Source: an uncultured Gammaproteobacteria bacterium
Lineage (GTDB): Bacteria > Actinomycetota > Acidimicrobiia > Spongiisociales > SHLN01
Assembly (NCBI GenBank): GCA_964195005.1
Contig: CAXMOO010000059.1
Location: forward strand, 1 to 38,085
Length of the DNA: 38,085 bases
Reading direction: 5' to 3'
The notes beneath the pieces were generated by a model. It was not told the origin of the DNA, ran no database searches, and saw only the letters and a list, made by a program, of their open reading frames with translations. A program made the translations under genes and the position numbers. This document shows positions 18,341 to 28,142 of the stretch, in pieces. Position 1 is the first letter of the stretch. The number at the start of each line of letters is the position of its first letter.

Positions 18341-19282
18341 ATGGCTCGCCTCTATGTCGAGGAATGGTCGCCGGAGTACGGTGCCTCGGTTGATACTGAT
18401 GAGTCGCTCGCGCCCAGCGAGGGTGAGGTCGATGTCACTGTTGAGCAGGCTTCGCCGTGGCATCCCGTCGACGGCGTCGATGACGGATTCCCGGCGATTG
18501 CATTTGTCGATGGGATCAGGCGGGTGGACGCCCGGCTGACCATCGATGATCCCGCGGTCGGGCCCACGCCCGGGATCTGTGGTTCCTTTGCCGCCGGTGC
18601 CGCGGTGTGGCGCAGGGAGCCGCTGGCGACCGACGTGGAGGCGGTCCGGGTGCAGCGGCTTGCCATCTTCACCGGCGGAGCCACCGCCGAGCTTCCCGAG
18701 CTGGGGTACGGCCTCAGCTACGAGATCGAATCGGTTGCTGAGTCCGATCCGGGCCTGCTCATTTCCCACTTTCACACGCAGATGCGCCGCACGGAGGCTG
18801 AAATCGCCCTCGAACTGGCGCGGTCCGGTTACTTCGTGGTCGCCGACGGCCCGATTTCCGAGCTGGCGGCGGAATCGGTGGTGGGGTATATCAAGAGTCA
18901 TCGGGTTTCCTATCTGCCGCAAGATGTGATGCCGATCATGGCCCGGCTCGAGCCCGGCCAGCGGACGCCGCTTTTTGGCATGCCGAGTTACAAGCGTTAC
19001 TCCTGGTACCAGCGATTGAGTCGTCCGGCCGGCGGCCACAGCTGGTCGGGAGTGGTCCGGTGTGAGGCACCGCAGTCTCTTGGCCTCGAACGAGCGGTGG
19101 TCCTGGCCAACCGCACAGCGGCACTGTTGCCCCGCTTCCGCTCTGAGCCGCACATCGATCCTCGCGCTCCGCAGAACCTGGTTCCGATCGGTGCGCTGGA
19201 ACGCCAGCTCCGGGCCCGGCTTGGCGATCGAGACCTGATCTACCGGGCTCTACGGGCCGCGACCATGGGCGTGCCGGTGTGA
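18341..19282 (+). CDS. nurA: NurA-family nuclease
   Basis: Motifs AFVDGIRRVDAR, VVADGP, GYIKSH and DPRAPQNLVPIGALE. Lies directly upstream of herA. Confidence 0.8.
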   Translation: MARLYVEEWSPEYGASVDTDESLAPSEGEVDVTVEQASPWHPVDGVDDGFPAIAFVDGIRRVDARLTIDDPAVGPTPGICGSFAAGAAVWRREPLATDVEAVRVQRLAIFTGGATAELPELGYGLSYEIESVAESDPGLLISHFHTQMRRTEAEIALELARSGYFVVADGPISELAAESVVGYIKSHRVSYLPQDVMPIMARLEPGQRTPLFGMPSYKRYSWYQRLSRPAGGHSWSGVVRCEAPQSLGLERAVVLANRTAALLPRFRSEPHIDPRAPQNLVPIGALERQLRARLGDRDLIYRALRAATMGVPV

Positions 19283-19316
19283 GGGCCATAATGGGCTCGC
19301 CCTACGCGCTGGAGGG

Positions 19317-21044
19317 ATGTTGGTGAAGAGCAAAAAGGGGGTCGGGCGTGTGCTCGGCACCCAGCACACTTCGACGCGTGAATTCCGCGTTGTCCTCGAG
19401 GACGACGAGTATCTGCAGCTCGACGACCTGGTTGTTGTCACCACCGGAGTGCCCCAGCAGGGCGAAGTGAAGACCTACGGCATCGTCACAGAAGTCGAGG
19501 CAATTTTCGAAGGTGCCACCTTCGAATCCGACACCCACCGAATAGCCGCAGAAGGCATTCTCCCCGCAGCCAAGGTGCGCTCAGCGCAGGTGGCGATCAC
19601 CCGGATCGACCCCGAGCTCTGGGTGTCGCCTGACCCGGGAGAGGTGGTCGAGCGCGCGACGGGAGCAGAACGGGATAAGGCGCTGTACAGGGACGAGATG
19701 GGACGAGCGCTGGCCATTGGCCTGGGTCGCGACGGCGAGCCGGTGTTTGTCGATCTCGACTTCTTTGACGGGCGCAAGGGCGGCCACATGTCGGTTTCCG
19801 GGATCAGTGGCGTGGCCACCAAGACCAGCTTCGCGTTGTTCTTCCTGCGCATGCTCACGGCGAAGCCGGAGGTGGTCGGCGAAGGCGCCGCCAACATGCG
19901 AGTGCTGGTTTTCAACGTCAAGGGAGAGGACCTCCTCTGGCTGGATAAGCACAACAAGGATTTCGACGAGACTGCTGCCAAGGGCTGGGATCGGCTGGGC
20001 GTCAAGCCGACCCCGTTCGAGTCGGTGGGGTTCTGGGCCCCGCCCCGCCCCAAATCGGGTGATGTGGTGGTCCCGGACATCAGCGGTCGTCAAGAAGGAG
20101 TCGCCGCCTTCGCCTGGACGCCTCGCGAGTTCGTCGATGAGGGGTTGCTGCGCTTCCTGTTCACCGACGCCTCTGACACCCGCAACCAGATACCTTTCGT
20201 TGAGGAACGGGTCGAGGCCCAGCTCAAGCGTTATGCAGTCGACGTGGCCGGCGAGCCCGGGGCAGTGGTTCTTCGTGATCCGGTCGAGGGTCACAAGCCG
20301 GGTGACGTTGTCACCCCGGGCCGGGGTGAGATGGTGATCCGGGACCTCAAGAGCCTGGCTGAGGCAATCGAGGAATTCGTCGACCCGGCCGACGACGAGC
20401 CAGACCAACGCTGGACCGGTCGAGTGCAACCGGGGACGGTTTCGGCATTCATGCGGCGGCTGCACGCCGCCACCAACCGTCTCGGACATCTGATCAGGTC
20501 GGGGGAGAGCCGACGCATCGACCGCTTGGCAGCTCAGGTGACTGTGGTGGGAATCCAATCCCTCCACGATCTCGGCCAGAGATTTGTTGTGGGTGCTCTT
20601 CTGGCTGAGACCTTTGCTGAAAAGGAGCGCAGCGGTCGGCGCTTCCCGTTGTCGGTGATCGTCCTCGACGAGCTCAACAAGTATGCGCCCCGCGATGGCA
20701 CCAGCCCCATCAAGGACATGCTGATCGATATTGCTCAAAGGGGCCGCTCTCTTGGCGTGCTCCTGGTGGGGGCTCAACAGACTGCCTCCCGCGTGGCGTC
20801 CGAGGTCATGGAAAACGCCGCTCTCAAGGTGGCGGGACGGCTTGATGCCGCTGAAGCCGAGCGGGCCGAATATGGCTGGATGCTCCCGTCCACCCGGGCT
20901 CGGGCCCGGCTCTTGAAGCCGGGGACGATGATTTTGAGCCAGCCGGCGATTCCGCTTCCCCTGGTGGTTGACTTCCCGTTCCCGCCCTGGGCCACACGCC
21001 GCGAAGAAGTCGTCGAGGAGGGCGACCCCTTCGAAGGGCTGTGA
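19317..21044 (+). CDS. herA: HerA-family ATPase/DNA translocase
   Basis: N-terminal HAS-barrel-like region, variant Walker A SGISGVATKTS, FNVKGEDL, Walker B IVLDELNKYAP and RGRSLGV..GAQQ. Confidence 0.85.
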   Translation: MLVKSKKGVGRVLGTQHTSTREFRVVLEDDEYLQLDDLVVVTTGVPQQGEVKTYGIVTEVEAIFEGATFESDTHRIAAEGILPAAKVRSAQVAITRIDPELWVSPDPGEVVERATGAERDKALYRDEMGRALAIGLGRDGEPVFVDLDFFDGRKGGHMSVSGISGVATKTSFALFFLRMLTAKPEVVGEGAANMRVLVFNVKGEDLLWLDKHNKDFDETAAKGWDRLGVKPTPFESVGFWAPPRPKSGDVVVPDISGRQEGVAAFAWTPREFVDEGLLRFLFTDASDTRNQIPFVEERVEAQLKRYAVDVAGEPGAVVLRDPVEGHKPGDVVTPGRGEMVIRDLKSLAEAIEEFVDPADDEPDQRWTGRVQPGTVSAFMRRLHAATNRLGHLIRSGESRRIDRLAAQVTVVGIQSLHDLGQRFVVGALLAETFAEKERSGRRFPLSVIVLDELNKYAPRDGTSPIKDMLIDIAQRGRSLGVLLVGAQQTASRVASEVMENAALKVAGRLDAAEAERAEYGWMLPSTRARARLLKPGTMILSQPAIPLPLVVDFPFPPWATRREEVVEEGDPFEGL

Positions 21045-22213
21045 TGCGGATCCTCCACACGTCTGACTGGCACGTCGGAAAGAGGCTCGGACGCTATGAC
21101 CGCCTTGAAGAAGTGGTCGCCACCATCTCCGAGGTCGCCGGGATTGCCACCTCCGAAAGCGTCGACCTGGTGGTGCACTCGGGCGACCTGTTCGATCGGC
21201 CGTTCCCGCCCATCGACGCCCTACGGGTGGCGCTCGACGGTCTGGTCAGTCTGACCGGAGAGGGCTCGCGTCCGGTCGTAGTGGTCGCAGGCAACCACGA
21301 CTCCGGTGACCTGTTCGAAGCTTTGGCCCCTTTCCTCGCCGGGTGGGGCATCTATCTGATTGGCTGGATCAAGCCCCCGGCCGACGGCGGGGTCTTCGAG
21401 CTCGACACCGCGTCAGGTCGTGCAGTCGTGGCCGGCTTGCCGTTCCTGCGGGAAGGCCATGTGGTCGACTTCATGGCCGATACCGATCGGTGGTATGGGC
21501 AGTATGCAGAGCGGATCCGCCGCCTCACGGAGGTTTATTCGGATCACCTGGTCGAGACGGCGGGGACCGACGCGGTGTCGCTGCTCGTCGCTCACTTCAT
21601 GGTTACGGGAGCAAGGGTGGGCGGCCATGGCGCACCCCGCGGCGAACGGGAGCTCCACATGGGAGAGGCGTACGCCGCCGGTGAGGGGGCGATCCCCGCC
21701 TCGCTGAGCTATGTCGCCATGGGTCACATCCACGCTCCCCAGCCCGTGCCAGGGGCCAACGTACCCGCCGAATACGCCGGCTCCCTTCTCGAACTCGACT
21801 TCGGCGAGGCCGGTGAGCAGAAGCGGGTGGTAATCGTCGATGCCGAGCCGGGGCGTCCAGCGAGGGTCACAAGCGTGCCACTGAGTACCGGCCGGCGGTT
21901 GGTGCGAGCCGCCGGCACCTGGGACGAGCTGGCGGACCGCACCGACCTGGACGATTTCTATCTGGATCTAGCCGTGGACACGGAAGGACCCGAGCCGGGG
22001 CTCGGCGCCCAGGCGGTGGAGCGCTTTCCATACCTCGTCAAGGTGACGGCCGTCTACGAACGGCCCGAATTGGAAGAGGTGTCGCGTGGCCAGCTTCCCT
22101 GGGACCAGGTGTATGCCGAGTTTCGTGAACGCGAACGGGGTGAGCCTGCTTCCGAGGAGCTGCTGGCGACCTTTCGCGAGGTGTCGGACGAGGTGGAACA
22201 TGCGACCCCTTGA
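21041..22213 (+). CDS. sbcD: SbcD/Mre11-family nuclease
   Basis: Phosphoesterase motifs HTSDWHVG, GDLFD, GNHD, AHF and MGHIH. GTGA overlap with herA. Confidence 0.93.
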   Translation: MMRILHTSDWHVGKRLGRYDRLEEVVATISEVAGIATSESVDLVVHSGDLFDRPFPPIDALRVALDGLVSLTGEGSRPVVVVAGNHDSGDLFEALAPFLAGWGIYLIGWIKPPADGGVFELDTASGRAVVAGLPFLREGHVVDFMADTDRWYGQYAERIRRLTEVYSDHLVETAGTDAVSLLVAHFMVTGARVGGHGAPRGERELHMGEAYAAGEGAIPASLSYVAMGHIHAPQPVPGANVPAEYAGSLLELDFGEAGEQKRVVIVDAEPGRPARVTSVPLSTGRRLVRAAGTWDELADRTDLDDFYLDLAVDTEGPEPGLGAQAVERFPYLVKVTAVYERPELEEVSRGQLPWDQVYAEFRERERGEPASEELLATFREVSDEVEHATP

Positions 22214-24713
22214 GCTGACCCTGAAAGGCTTCCAGTCGTACGCCGACCAACAAACCTTCGATTTCCGGGATCGGCGGTTGGTAGGAATAGTCGGCCCGAT
22301 CGGCGCCGGCAAGTCGTCCTTGCTGGATGGTATCGCCTTCGCCCTATACGGTCGGACTCCCCGAGCCGGCAAGTCGACTAGAGGGCTCATCAATCAGCGC
22401 CAGGGCTCGGCCCACGTCGAGCTGTGGTTCCAGGTAGAAGGTGAGACCTGGCGAGCCGTGCGAGCCCTGCGGCGCAAGGGACAGAGCGCCCACAACCTGT
22501 ACCGGTACGCCGGTGATGAGCCGGGGGCCGAGCGACTTGAGGAATTTACCGGAGAGAAGCTGGTGACCGCCAGGGTATCCGAGTTGCTCGGCCTCGATTT
22601 CGAAGGTTTCAGTCGGTCGGTTTTTCTTGCGCAGAACCGCTTTGCCGACTTCCTGGAGGCAACGGCCAGTCAGCGCGATGTGGTTCTCAAAGGAGTATTT
22701 GCGCTCGACCGGCTCGATCGCATGGAGGAGGTTGCCAAAACTCGTCGCGATGGCCTTCGTGCCGAACTGGCGGATCTCGAGCGGTTGCGCGGTGAGGTCG
22801 AGGCAGATCGGTCTCCTCTGAAAGAGGCTCGGGCGGCTCTCAAAAAGGCCACTACGACGCTTGCTGAGATCGAGTCACATCGCGAAAACGCACGCCGGCT
22901 CGAGGTGGCGGCTGCCGAGGCGCTCGGTGATGGCGAGCGGGCTCAGTCGCGTCTCGCTGAGCTCTCCGGCCTGGCGGCGCAGCTCCCGGCCAGGGACAAG
23001 ACAGGCGTGCTACTCGATCGGGCTGCAGCCGGGAGCAAAGGCCAGGCCGAGGCCGAGGCGGCATTGGCCGACGCCACCAAAGGCCTGGAGGTCGCCCGTC
23101 GGCATCAGGCGCAAACGGTCAAGAAGACGGGTGGGCCGGCGGCTCTGGAGCGAGTTGGTGGCCGGCTGGAACAACTGGCCGCTCTCGAGAAGCGAGCCAA
23201 AGACGCAGCCGCCGGCTCGAAAACAGCTCGAGCCGGCCTGGAGCGAGCGCAGAAGGATGCGGCCAAAGCGGAAAAGGATCTCGCATCCAGCTTGGAGGCG
23301 CAGACGGTCGCGGCCGTCGCAGTGGAGTCGGCAGCTGAAGCCACCGCCACCGCAGAGGAGGCATGGCACAGGGCAACTCATGAAGCCGGCGCGCTGGCTC
23401 TTCGCGAGGGCCTAGTGGTCGGAGAGCCCTGTCCCGTCTGCGAGCAGACGGTTGTGGTGCCGCCGGGAGCCAAGAAAGCACCGAAAGCCGACCAGGTCGA
23501 CCGTGCCCTGGACCGGGCACGGAGGACGCTCGGCAAAGCGCAAGCCGTCAACACCGATGCCGCCACGGCTCACGCCACTGCGCTGGCCAGGGTGGAATCG
23601 ACCCACAAAGCCCACCTGGCGGCTGAACAGCACGATAAGGAAGCGCTTTCGGCCGAGGAGTCGCTGGCCGCCGAACGTCAAGGCATTTCCGATCAGCTCG
23701 AAAAGGCTGTCGGGAAGGAGAAGCCGTCTCAGGTCCTGGGACGATGGCGCTCCCAGTTGGACGAGGCCGATGCCCTCGTAGAGCTAAAAGTCGCCGCCGA
23801 GAACGCGACGAGGGATCACCTGGCAACAGAGCAGGCGGCACGTGCCGGGATGGGCTCAGAGTTAGTCCAGCTTGCCACCACGGTTGCCACTCTGGCCGGG
23901 CAGCTCGGCGGCGAGATCCGACCCGCGGCCGACGCTGCCGAGTTGTCCGACTCGCTCGATCAGCTCCGCAAGCTGTGGGAAGAGCGTTCGGCGGCGGCCC
24001 AGGATGAGCACAGGGCTTTTATCAAGCGAAGAGAAGAGGCTGAAACAGCAGTTGCCGGGATCCTCCAGCAGCTCGGCCTGACGCCTGGAATAACGTTGGC
24101 CGACGCGATCAAGAATGCCGGTGCCAATCAGGCGCGTCTCCAGGAGAGGGTCGAGACCCTGGAGGGTCGAGCGGAGCGGCTCGCCGAGGCGGAGAAGGGC
24201 TCGGCCGAAACGGTACAGGCGCTCAACCTCTACACGACACTTGCAGACGATCTGCTGCCCAGCCGCTTTCTCAAGTCTGTCCTCGATGAGGAGCGACGAT
24301 CGTTGGCCGCATTGGGGAGCGAGCACTTCGCTCGCATGACCAGGGGCCGCTATCGGTTCACGGAAGACGGCGCCTTCAACGTCATGGATCTCAGCGCCGC
24401 CGGGGTTGAGCGGAAGGCCGACACTCTATCGGGTGGAGAATCCTTCATTGCCTCGCTCGGATTGGCCCTGGCGCTTGCCGAGATGGTGACTCGTACCGGA
24501 GGCCGACTTGACGCTTTCTTCCTCGATGAGGGCTTCGGCTCCCTCGATCCCGAGCATCTCGAGTTGGCCATGGAGGGCATCGAGGCACTGGTCGGTGGCG
24601 ACCGGCTGGTAGTAGTCGTGAGTCACGTTCCCCAACTGCGCGAAAGGGTGGAAGACCTAATCGAGCTTGATAAGGACCCAACCACGGGGGATACCAGGGT
24701 CGTCCGGTCGTGA
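22200..24713 (+). CDS. sbcC: SbcC/Rad50 SMC-like ATPase
   Basis: ATG at 22200 ([14 protein letters not shown]), Walker [10 protein letters not shown], coiled coil with CPVC zinc hook, LSGGE signature and [10 protein letters not shown]. Confidence 0.93.
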   Translation: MRPLELTLKGFQSYADQQTFDFRDRRLVGIVGPIGAGKSSLLDGIAFALYGRTPRAGKSTRGLINQRQGSAHVELWFQVEGETWRAVRALRRKGQSAHNLYRYAGDEPGAERLEEFTGEKLVTARVSELLGLDFEGFSRSVFLAQNRFADFLEATASQRDVVLKGVFALDRLDRMEEVAKTRRDGLRAELADLERLRGEVEADRSPLKEARAALKKATTTLAEIESHRENARRLEVAAAEALGDGERAQSRLAELSGLAAQLPARDKTGVLLDRAAAGSKGQAEAEAALADATKGLEVARRHQAQTVKKTGGPAALERVGGRLEQLAALEKRAKDAAAGSKTARAGLERAQKDAAKAEKDLASSLEAQTVAAVAVESAAEATATAEEAWHRATHEAGALALREGLVVGEPCPVCEQTVVVPPGAKKAPKADQVDRALDRARRTLGKAQAVNTDAATAHATALARVESTHKAHLAAEQHDKEALSAEESLAAERQGISDQLEKAVGKEKPSQVLGRWRSQLDEADALVELKVAAENATRDHLATEQAARAGMGSELVQLATTVATLAGQLGGEIRPAADAAELSDSLDQLRKLWEERSAAAQDEHRAFIKRREEAETAVAGILQQLGLTPGITLADAIKNAGANQARLQERVETLEGRAERLAEAEKGSAETVQALNLYTTLADDLLPSRFLKSVLDEERRSLAALGSEHFARMTRGRYRFTEDGAFNVMDLSAAGVERKADTLSGGESFIASLGLALALAEMVTRTGGRLDAFFLDEGFGSLDPEHLELAMEGIEALVGGDRLVVVVSHVPQLRERVEDLIELDKDPTTGDTRVVRS

Positions 24714-25168
24714 TCCGGCCTCTCCTCAGGGGTGTGATAGTGGATGAGGAGCGAGTGTTGCTGACTCTGAGTCGTTTCGATTACGAGGTGTACTTGCTTC
24801 CGGGAGGAGAGCCACGAGCCGGCGAGTCGTCCTCGACCGCCCTCAGTCGCTATGTTCAAGAACAGACCGGGTACGAGGTAGCCGCTCATGAGCTCCTGTG
24901 GATCCGGGATCACACGACATCCAATCATGGGCTCTTGCTTAACCCACCGGGGTCGTATGTGGTCGAGCTCTTCTACAGATGCACCTTGAGCGGAGCGGCG
25001 GTAACGGTCGCGCCCGGCGGTGGGCCTCAACAGGTGGCCGTCGAGTGGGTCCCGGGCGACCGCCTTCCCAGCGTGGAGTTTCTGCCTAAGAGTTTGGTGG
25101 AACCGTTGGTGGCATATCTGGCAGATCGGAGCGTGATCCCGCCTGTGTATGTCGTCGAAGGCGCTTAG
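24710..25168 (+). CDS. Nudix-fold protein with a degenerate Nudix box
   Basis: LPGGEPRAGESSSTALSRYVQEQTGY. GTGA overlap with the sbcC stop. Confidence 0.75.
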   Translation: MIRPLLRGVIVDEERVLLTLSRFDYEVYLLPGGEPRAGESSSTALSRYVQEQTGYEVAAHELLWIRDHTTSNHGLLLNPPGSYVVELFYRCTLSGAAVTVAPGGGPQQVAVEWVPGDRLPSVEFLPKSLVEPLVAYLADRSVIPPVYVVEGA

Positions 25169-25228
25169 CGGCCCGTCGCACAATTAACGGGGTCGCCGGC
25201 CGACGCCGGGTCTACACTCCGGCGGCTC

Positions 25229-26314
25229 ATGGGAATCAAAGTCGGCATCGTCGGATTGCCCAACGTTGGCAAGTCCACACTCTTCAACGCTCTGACCGGA
25301 GCCGGGATAGCCGCGGAGAACTATCCGTTCACGACCGTCGAGCCCAATATCGGAGTGGCCTTCGTTCCCGACCGCCGGCTCCCCGTTCTGGCCGAGATCG
25401 TGGGTCCCGAGGATGTCGTGCCCACCGCTGTCGAATTTGTCGATATCGCCGGGCTGGTGGCGGGAGCGTCCGAAGGAGAGGGCCTCGGCAACAAGTTCCT
25501 ATCGCACATTCGCGAGACGGATGCTATTGCCCACGTTGTCCGTTGTTTCGCCGACGACGATGTCGCACACGTTGAGGTGGACGTCGATCCGCTACGAGAC
25601 ATCGAGACAATAAATACCGAGCTGGCCCTTGCCGACCTCGGGTCCGTTGAACGAGCAATTGAGCGGGCGGGTCAGAAGGCCAAATCGGGGGACAAGGGCG
25701 CCCAGCAGCGGCTAGACACTCTGACGAAGCTGCACGCCCACATCGATGCAGGTAATCCGGTCCGTACGCTGGACCTGTCCCCGGACGAAGCCCTCGTCGC
25801 CAGAGACCTATTTCTGTTGACCTTGAAGCCCATCATGTACGTGGCCAACGTTGCTGAGGACAGGGATCAGAGATTCGTACCGGCGATGGCGAATCAGGCT
25901 GGAGCCGAGAGAGCTCCGCTGGTGGTGATAAGTGCAGCCGTGGAGGACGAGATCGTGGCGCTCGACGATGCCGACAAACACGAGTTCCTGGCCGAGCTCG
26001 GCGAGACCGAGCCGGGCCTGAATCGCGTTATCCGGGCGGCGTACATCCTCCTGGGATTGAACACCTTCTTTACTTTGGGGCCCAAAGAGGTACGGGCGTG
26101 GCCATTCCGACATGGCGCCACTGCACGCGAGGCAGCCGGCTCGATCCACACCGATTTTGAGCGGGGTTTCATTCGGGCCGAGGTGATCTCCTATGAGGAC
26201 TTTGTTGAGCACGGTGGGGAGAAGGGGGCAAAAGATGCCGGTCTCTGGCGCCTGGAGGGAAAGGACTATCTCGTCGCCGAAGGCGACGTGATCTACTTCC
26301 GCTTCAATCTGTGA
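25229..26314 (+). CDS. ychF: Ribosome-binding ATPase YchF
   Basis: Motifs GIVGLPNVGKSTLFNALT, NYPFTT, DIAGLV, GEGLGNKFL, IHTDFERGFIRAE and GDVIYFRFN. Confidence 0.97.
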   Translation: MGIKVGIVGLPNVGKSTLFNALTGAGIAAENYPFTTVEPNIGVAFVPDRRLPVLAEIVGPEDVVPTAVEFVDIAGLVAGASEGEGLGNKFLSHIRETDAIAHVVRCFADDDVAHVEVDVDPLRDIETINTELALADLGSVERAIERAGQKAKSGDKGAQQRLDTLTKLHAHIDAGNPVRTLDLSPDEALVARDLFLLTLKPIMYVANVAEDRDQRFVPAMANQAGAERAPLVVISAAVEDEIVALDDADKHEFLAELGETEPGLNRVIRAAYILLGLNTFFTLGPKEVRAWPFRHGATAREAAGSIHTDFERGFIRAEVISYEDFVEHGGEKGAKDAGLWRLEGKDYLVAEGDVIYFRFNL

Positions 26315-26320
26315 GCCCGC

Positions 26321-26458
26321 CTTCCCTGGGGGGAGGTGGGAACCGGATTCAAGAGGCTTTAATCCTCCCCCTCCTCACCTTCGCTTTGCTCAGGCGGTCC
26401 TCCCCAGGGTCGGCATAGAGGTTCTCCTTTCCCGGGGGGAGGTGACGCAAGGGGGAAC
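26321..26458. repeat. Degenerate REP-like GC-rich palindromic element / possible ychF terminator
   Basis: Two imperfect copies: CTTCCCTGGGGGGAGGTG (26321) and CTTTCCCGGGGGGAGGTG (26427). CCTCCCCAGGG (26399-26409) is complementary to the first copy. Confidence 0.4.
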
Positions 26459-26566
26459 GGTTCCTGTATATAGCACGATGAGTGGTCGATCAGACAGGGC
26501 TTTTCGCCAAGCAGCGAAATGACATTCTGATGTCTAGTCATTCGTGACTATTGAAGGATGGTCCCT

Positions 26567-26593
26567 CAAACGACCACGGATAGTGGTCGATAG
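26567..26593 (+). promoter_or_regulatory. Putative sigma-28 (FliA/WhiG-type) promoter
   Basis: CAAA-N15-GTCGATAG versus the consensus TAAA-N15-GCCGATAA. It ends 7 nt before the ATG of the FlgM-like ORF. Confidence 0.45.
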
Positions 26594-26600
26594 TTTGGGT

Positions 26601-26762
26601 ATGGACTTCCGGCAAGACCACGAGGCTGTTTCGCTCCCGAGCCGCGCCGAACGGCTCCAGGAGCTGGCCCGCGAGATTACGGAAGGGACATATCGGATTC
26701 CGGCCGAATGGGTAGCCGAGGCCATACTCACGTGGCGAGGCCGGTCCGGACGCCGCAACTGA
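26601..26762 (+). CDS. Small FlgM-like (anti-sigma-28) protein
   Basis: RAERLQELAREITEGTYRIPAEWVAEAIL matches the FlgM C-terminal pattern R.E(K/R)(V/L)..L...I..G.Y......IA.. An alternative GTG start lies at 26544. Confidence 0.6.
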   Translation: MDFRQDHEAVSLPSRAERLQELAREITEGTYRIPAEWVAEAILTWRGRSGRRN

Positions 26763-26791
26763 TCGCCCACCTTCCAGTACGCTGATCCGCC

Positions 26792-27670
26792 ATGATGCCG
26801 CTGCAGTTCCTTCGCGGTTTCCTCATGGGATCCGCCGATGTTGTCCCCGGAGTATCCGGCGGTACGGTTGCCCTCGTCGTCGGGATCTACCCGCGGCTGG
26901 TGGCGAACATTCGCCAGGGATCCAGGGCTCTGGGATCTTTTGCCCGGCTGCAGTTTTCAGCCGGCGGACAGCACGTGAGGCAGATCGAGTGGAATTTCCT
27001 TCTGCCACTTCTCGCCGGGATCGCCGTGGCCCTCGTCTCGCTGGCCCGTCTGGTCGAAACGTTGCTTGAAAATCACCCTGTGGAGATGGCTGCCCTCTTT
27101 TTCGGGCTTGTAGCGGCGTCGGTGTTTGTCGCCAGGGGCATGGTCTCCCGATGGGATTGGGCCCGGATCACCATCTTCATCGGCGTGGCCCTGATCGCTT
27201 TCGCCGTGCTGGGCTATCGCTCAGGAGAAGCCGACTCGCCCGCGACCTGGATCTTCTTTTTCGCAGGCGCGTTCGCCATCTCTGCCATGATCATTCCTGG
27301 CGTTTCGGGCTCATTTCTGTTGCTGGTGCTCGGCATGTACGAAGCGGTGCTGGCAGCCGTTAACGATCGGGAGATCGACGTGTTGATCGTTTTTGTTGTC
27401 GGCGCGGTGATCGGGCTGGCCCTTTTCTCGTCGGCGCTGCACTGGGCACTCGAGACTCACCACGACGTCGTGATGGCCGCCATCACCGGGTTGTTGCTGG
27501 GCTCGTTGCGGGTGTTGTGGCCGTGGCCGAACGGGATCGACGGCCCCGAGCTGTCGGGCCCCATCGCCGATGAGTTCGCGGCGCCATTTCTGCTGGCTGT
27601 TGTCGGGGTGGGGATCGTCTTGCTTCTGACCCGGCTTGGCCAGCGCAGCGGAGCCGCGGTCGACGCGTGA
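26792..27670 (+). CDS. DUF368-family membrane protein (putative undecaprenyl-phosphate translocase)
   Basis: Motifs GSADVVPGVSGGT, AMIIPGVSGS and GSLRVLWPW; multiple TM helices. Confidence 0.9.
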   Translation: MMPLQFLRGFLMGSADVVPGVSGGTVALVVGIYPRLVANIRQGSRALGSFARLQFSAGGQHVRQIEWNFLLPLLAGIAVALVSLARLVETLLENHPVEMAALFFGLVAASVFVARGMVSRWDWARITIFIGVALIAFAVLGYRSGEADSPATWIFFFAGAFAISAMIIPGVSGSFLLLVLGMYEAVLAAVNDREIDVLIVFVVGAVIGLALFSSALHWALETHHDVVMAAITGLLLGSLRVLWPWPNGIDGPELSGPIADEFAAPFLLAVVGVGIVLLLTRLGQRSGAAVDA

Positions 27671-28122
27671 GGGCCGTTGTGCAGAGGGTGTCTCAGGCCT
27701 CGGTCATGGAGGACGGAGTCGTTCGCGGCGAGATCGGCTCCGGGCTTCTGGTGCTGGTCGGCGTCGCCCCGGGCGACGAATCGGCCGACGTCGACGCATT
27801 AGCCGACAAGCTCGTGAACATTCGCCTGATGGCCGACACGGAGGGCAAGATGAATCGCTCAGTTCTGGAGTCGGGTGCGTCCATTCTTGTCGTGAGCCAA
27901 TTCACGCTCCAGGCCGATATTCGCAAGGGTCGGCGACCCTCATTCACTTCGGCCGCCGAGCCGGATTTGGCCGAACCTCTGATTGAGCGCCTGGCAGACC
28001 GCATCTCCGAAGTGGGCGTCCCCGTGTCCACCGGTGTCTTTGGAGCTCACATGGAGGTGGCGCTGGTCAACGACGGGCCGGTAACGCTGGTGATCGACGT
28101 TGCCAACGGCAAGGTGGCGTAG
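27667..28122 (+). CDS. dtd: D-aminoacyl-tRNA deacylase
   Basis: Motifs MRAVVQRV, SQFTL, KGRRPSF, FGAHMEV and NDGPVT. Confidence 0.96.
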   Translation: MRAVVQRVSQASVMEDGVVRGEIGSGLLVLVGVAPGDESADVDALADKLVNIRLMADTEGKMNRSVLESGASILVVSQFTLQADIRKGRRPSFTSAAEPDLAEPLIERLADRISEVGVPVSTGVFGAHMEVALVNDGPVTLVIDVANGKVA

Positions 28123-28142
28123 CAGGCTCCTGGGAACTGCGT

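Noticed and set aside
19780-19830. Non-canonical HerA Walker A (GISGVATKT) as a sign of inactivation
   Set aside because: To my knowledge this variant is typical of this bacterial HerA subfamily, and the Lys-Thr, Walker B and arginine-finger regions are intact.
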